A DNA stretch of 64,000 nucleotides from Tubulanus polymorphus. Lineage: Eukaryota > Animalia > Nemertea. The first letter of the stretch is position 1; each line of letters begins with the position of its first letter. Made by a program: the position numbers and the translations under genes. Shown piece after piece: positions 60,168 through 64,000 of this stretch. A model generated the notes under the pieces. That model saw only the letters and a list, made by a program, of their open reading frames with translations, was not told the DNA's origin and made no database searches. Location: positions 454,131 through 518,130 of the forward strand of contig NC_134033.1 in assembly GCF_964204645.1 (NCBI RefSeq), written 5' to 3'.

Positions 60168-63100
60168 TTATCGTTTAGCTGGTTTAGTAGCTATTAACAC
60201 TGATACAGGTTTACACAAACTAATATAACGATGTTTATCATCTGCAGACGTTAAATCAGTCGTCGGTTCAGTAACAAGTGATAACTTTACACTTCCAGGT
60301 TCTGAAAATAAATAACCAGACATGAACAAATTCAGATTCTACCTTACATATTATAAATCTGTCGTGTGGACGTTTTACAAAGACTAGTTCTCCATCTATT
60401 GGTATAGACGAAGAACTATAGTACCGGTACGTACCTGACCATAGTGAGTGAGAAATAGTAACAACAGTGAGTAATCTGTATTTATAAGTAGAAAGACGTC
60501 TGAAGTCACTGATTGGAGGACTGATTATATGAGTTTGAGTATCAGCATACTCGACCTGTAAATACATAGAGGTTAAAATAGTTATAAAATCTACCAACTG
60601 ATTGATCCCCTACAAGCCTGGACCCTGCATTCTCTCTCAGCTTGTGAACCCTGAGTATCAGCATACCCCATCTGTAAACATATGCAACAGGCTTAGCTAC
60701 AAGTTGCCTACAAGACCCAAAGTTCCACAATCAGTTGGTGTTAACTAAAAATAAGTTAACTTTAAATGAGTTAACCGCAGAGGTAAATCTTGATATAGAA
60801 CTGTGGAACTGGATACAGTAACTGTGGAACTGGGTCCGGCAGTAACTATGGAACAGTGTCCAAAAATCTGAAACTGTGGCCAGTAACTGTGTCCAGAACT
60901 GTTGAACTGAGTCCAGTAGAATTGGATGCAGTAACTGTGGAACTGAATGCAGTAACTGTGGAACTTGCTGTAACTGTGGAACTGAATGCAGTAACTGTGG
61001 AACTTGCTGAAACTGTGGAACTGAGTCAAGTAGAACTGAATGCAGTAAGGCTGTAAGGTGATAACGAACCTGTATTTTAATATTCTCGATGTCTCTCACA
61101 TTCTCCAGTACGACCTCCATATTAACATCGACAGTCAGACCTGCTGTAAACCGCAGCGGGTTATCAGAATTCTCCGTCGGTTCGACGATTGTAGCTCGTA
61201 GTTTACGCAGTCGATGCGATATTTTAACGACCGGCGGTTTACTCTGATACATCGCCGCCTGTAACGGATTCGTAAACGCGGACAGACGCAGCGTTTCTAG
61301 ATCGGGAAGCGCAGTGAATAACGACTGAGTAAAATTCTCAGCTACGATTCCATTATCAGATAAATATCTGTAATATTCATATAGAACATTGATTAGAAAT
61401 TAATATCATTAACAGAATGAAGGCCACTTTTATATCACTTGCTTTGTCCCTGACTTGATCTGATATACACATTGTTTTCCCTGATTTGCTAAGAATCCAA
61501 TCAATTAAACTCAATCAAATATGTAACATATAAACGGAAACTATTTTATTTACGCAAGATCTAGAAATCTACATCATATTTCCCTGACTTTTCCCGGTGC
61601 TGATTTTGAGCTTATTTACAGATTTCCCCTGACTATTCCCTGACATGCAAGTTGTTTTCCCAGACTTGATCTGATAAAAATCCGATCAATTAACACAAGT
61701 CGAATATGTAAGATATAGACAGAGACTGATTTTATGCGCAATGTGACAATCTCAACACATTCTTCTGACTATTCCCTGACATGCACGTTGTCTTCCCTGA
61801 CTTGATCTGATAAGAATCTTCAATCAATTAACACAGTCACATACGTAAAACATAGAAACTTCAATTTTACGAGTGATATAGAAATCTTTAAAAAATTCCC
61901 TGCCATACACTTTGTGTTCCCTGACTTGATCTGTTAAAAATCCAATTAATTAAACTCAAGTCAAATATGTAAAACATAGAAACTGTTTGATTTTACACGC
62001 GATTTAACAATCTCAACAAATTTCCCTGATTTTTAGCTTTTAAATGAATTCCCTGACTATTCTTTGATTCTTTCAAAGAAGTCCACACTTGTGGATCCGG
62101 GGGTCGCGGAAATATAAACTCACTTTTGTAAACTATGCAGCGTATCTAGGTAGGTTTTACATTGTTGTAAAATCGCTTGACGATCGTTGTTGATTCGCAG
62201 CGAATGCAACAATTGAATCGTCATCGCTTTCAGTTTCATCTGTCGTACGGTGGCTCCCTCTGACATCGTTAAACCCATATATAACGTGTTCGCTTCTCGA
62301 CATAAATCAATAATCTGAAATAAGTATCGAGATTAAATTAACTCGATATTTCATATCAATCCGGCGATAAATCATTGGTGAATATCGAGGTGATATTTTA
62401 CCTTCTGCATTGAAGCTGTATCCGACCTAGTTTGAATACAGGCCGGCGCCGACCAGTTCGTACCAGATAATGCCTACAATTTCATTTCATTCATTCAGTT
62501 TTCAGTTTCAAATTAGTGAAAATTTCAAAACGCAGGTGAGATGCGGATCCAGGATCCAGCAAGACATGTGCGACTTGCAGAAGCCCATCAAGTTTGTGCT
62601 TACTTTATAATTCTTTTTTCGACATCAGGATCAAGTTCTACAGTTCTAAGTTAAAATTTCACTCTTGAGTTAAAACATTGAAAATGAACTAACTTTTGCT
62701 CGAAGTTAACTCTAACTCACAACCGTAAAACCAGGCCCAAAGTGTTTCTTTTTTTATGTAATAAGTTCAAGTGTCCTGTTATACATGAAATAAATTGTCA
62801 CTAGTAAACCAGCTCTGGGTGTGAACAGATTGATCAGCTGCTCAGAGCGGAAGTCCCCCTCATATTGCCTTTTTAGACATCAAGTGCCTTTTTTGTATGT
62901 GACAAGCTCATTTAAAATTGGCCCCTGAATCCGCCACCCCTGATGCTCATTTCTACAAAATTCTTATGAAATCATCAAATTAATGTCCACTTTTCGAGAA
63001 AAGATGTCGATGGCTACAAATCCACCAATGACATCATCAAACTATCTATCGGAGGCCGGTATTTAATACAGACCTTCATTAGTAATAGTTGACTGTTTAA

Positions 63101-64000
63101 ATACAATGATTCACATTCAGCTGTTGCCGATAAACTCGGTTCTAAATCTTCAATTCTCTTTAAATCTCTACAAAATGAAATCAGAAATTAAATCGAACTC
63201 ACTTCAGTCGGTCTTCCCTGACCTCTCTCCCTCTTCCCTGATCTCTCTCCCTCGACCTCCCTACCTCATAGTAACCTCCAGTAGTTGCTGCGCCGACCAG
63301 GAATCCATTTTCTCCAGTTCGTCCAGTCGGTCTAAAGTCTGTTTCAGAAACGCGGATATATCGAGATGATTTTTATTGTTGATTTCATTGAGCTGCATTC
63401 CCGGTGAAATTCCCGCTAACTAACAACAATAAAAACACAATCACAGACATTGCATATTACTCTGAAAACTGACTTTATATTTTCACCAAAATTAAATAGA
63501 AACTTTTCTAGAGATATTGACCAGATTCTACAGTTACAGGATCCAGTTCCGCAGTGTTCGTTAACATTTGAACACTTAAACTTTTGAAAAATAACTGATT
63601 TCCTTTGAAAACTTAAATTGAGAACTGTTAAAATTGTTGAAGTTACGTAAATGATTCAGTTTTCATTATGAGAATACCTTTAATTGTGGAACTAACTGTG
63701 GCATGCTACTGCGCAGGTATTTATAATGCCGAAACGTATGTTCGGGGAATAACGCCGATATTGTACGACTGTTACCAACGGCAGCGTTAAATACCAACAA
63801 TAGAACGCTAATATCTGATCACAAAACGCGTCAAGGAACGAAAATATATAATATCAAAAATTGTTTTTCTGATGATTTTGATGCCTCTAAAACCATGACT
63901 TGTGCAAATAGGTCGTTATGGGATTTAGACCGGGTTTATTTATAAATGAAGGATACAAGCTGGATCATCCATGTCTGGTTCAGGAGTATCGAAAAACGGA
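60168..64000 (-). CDS. INTS4: Integrator complex subunit 4, 3' portion (continues beyond the window)
   Basis: Exons (minus): >64000-63957, 63814-63678, 63419-63265, 63167-63074, 62473-62402, 62314-62124, 61367-61070, 60555-60435, 60301-60168. [56 protein letters not shown] and C-terminal KPAKR* match INTS4 as I recall it. Confidence 0.92.
63815..63956 (-). other. U12-type (minor spliceosome) GT-AG intron in INTS4
   Basis: 5' site GTATCCTT; branch site TTCCTTGAC ~15 nt upstream of the CAG acceptor; no pyrimidine tract. Confidence 0.9.

Overview
Eukaryotic (invertebrate animal, probably lophotrochozoan) genomic DNA, AT-rich and full of intronic minisatellites and MITEs. I reconstructed four intron-containing genes by hand; every junction is GT-AG and frame-consistent. 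(1) Minus-strand nucleolin-like gene (CDS 11648->2542, 16 exons, ~507 aa). It has a histone-H3-like N-terminus, acidic tracts, a bipartite NLS, 2 RRMs and, unusually, four CCHC zinc knuckles inside the RGG tail. Its introns host four box C/D snoRNAs: a U15/SNORD15 homologue and three copies sharing a guide for a 28S domain V site. (2) A head-to-head plus-strand jitterbug-type filamin (12379-38444; 3 CH domains, ~10 Ig repeats) with an internal alternative first exon and a cluster of symmetric phase-1 low-complexity cassette exons. (3) A minus-strand SLC22/OCT-like transporter (58048->45388, 9 coding exons) with a ~4.9 kb 77-bp satellite in one intron. (4) The 3' part of INTS4 (minus strand), including a U12-type intron. 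Also present: a long palindrome carrying a Penelope-type hammerhead ribozyme motif, tRNA-derived elements fused to TTAGGG repeats, and MITE families whose sequences seed tandem repeats. Most ORF-track entries are translated repeats, not genes. All assignments come from reading the sequence and from remembered family motifs; no searches were run.
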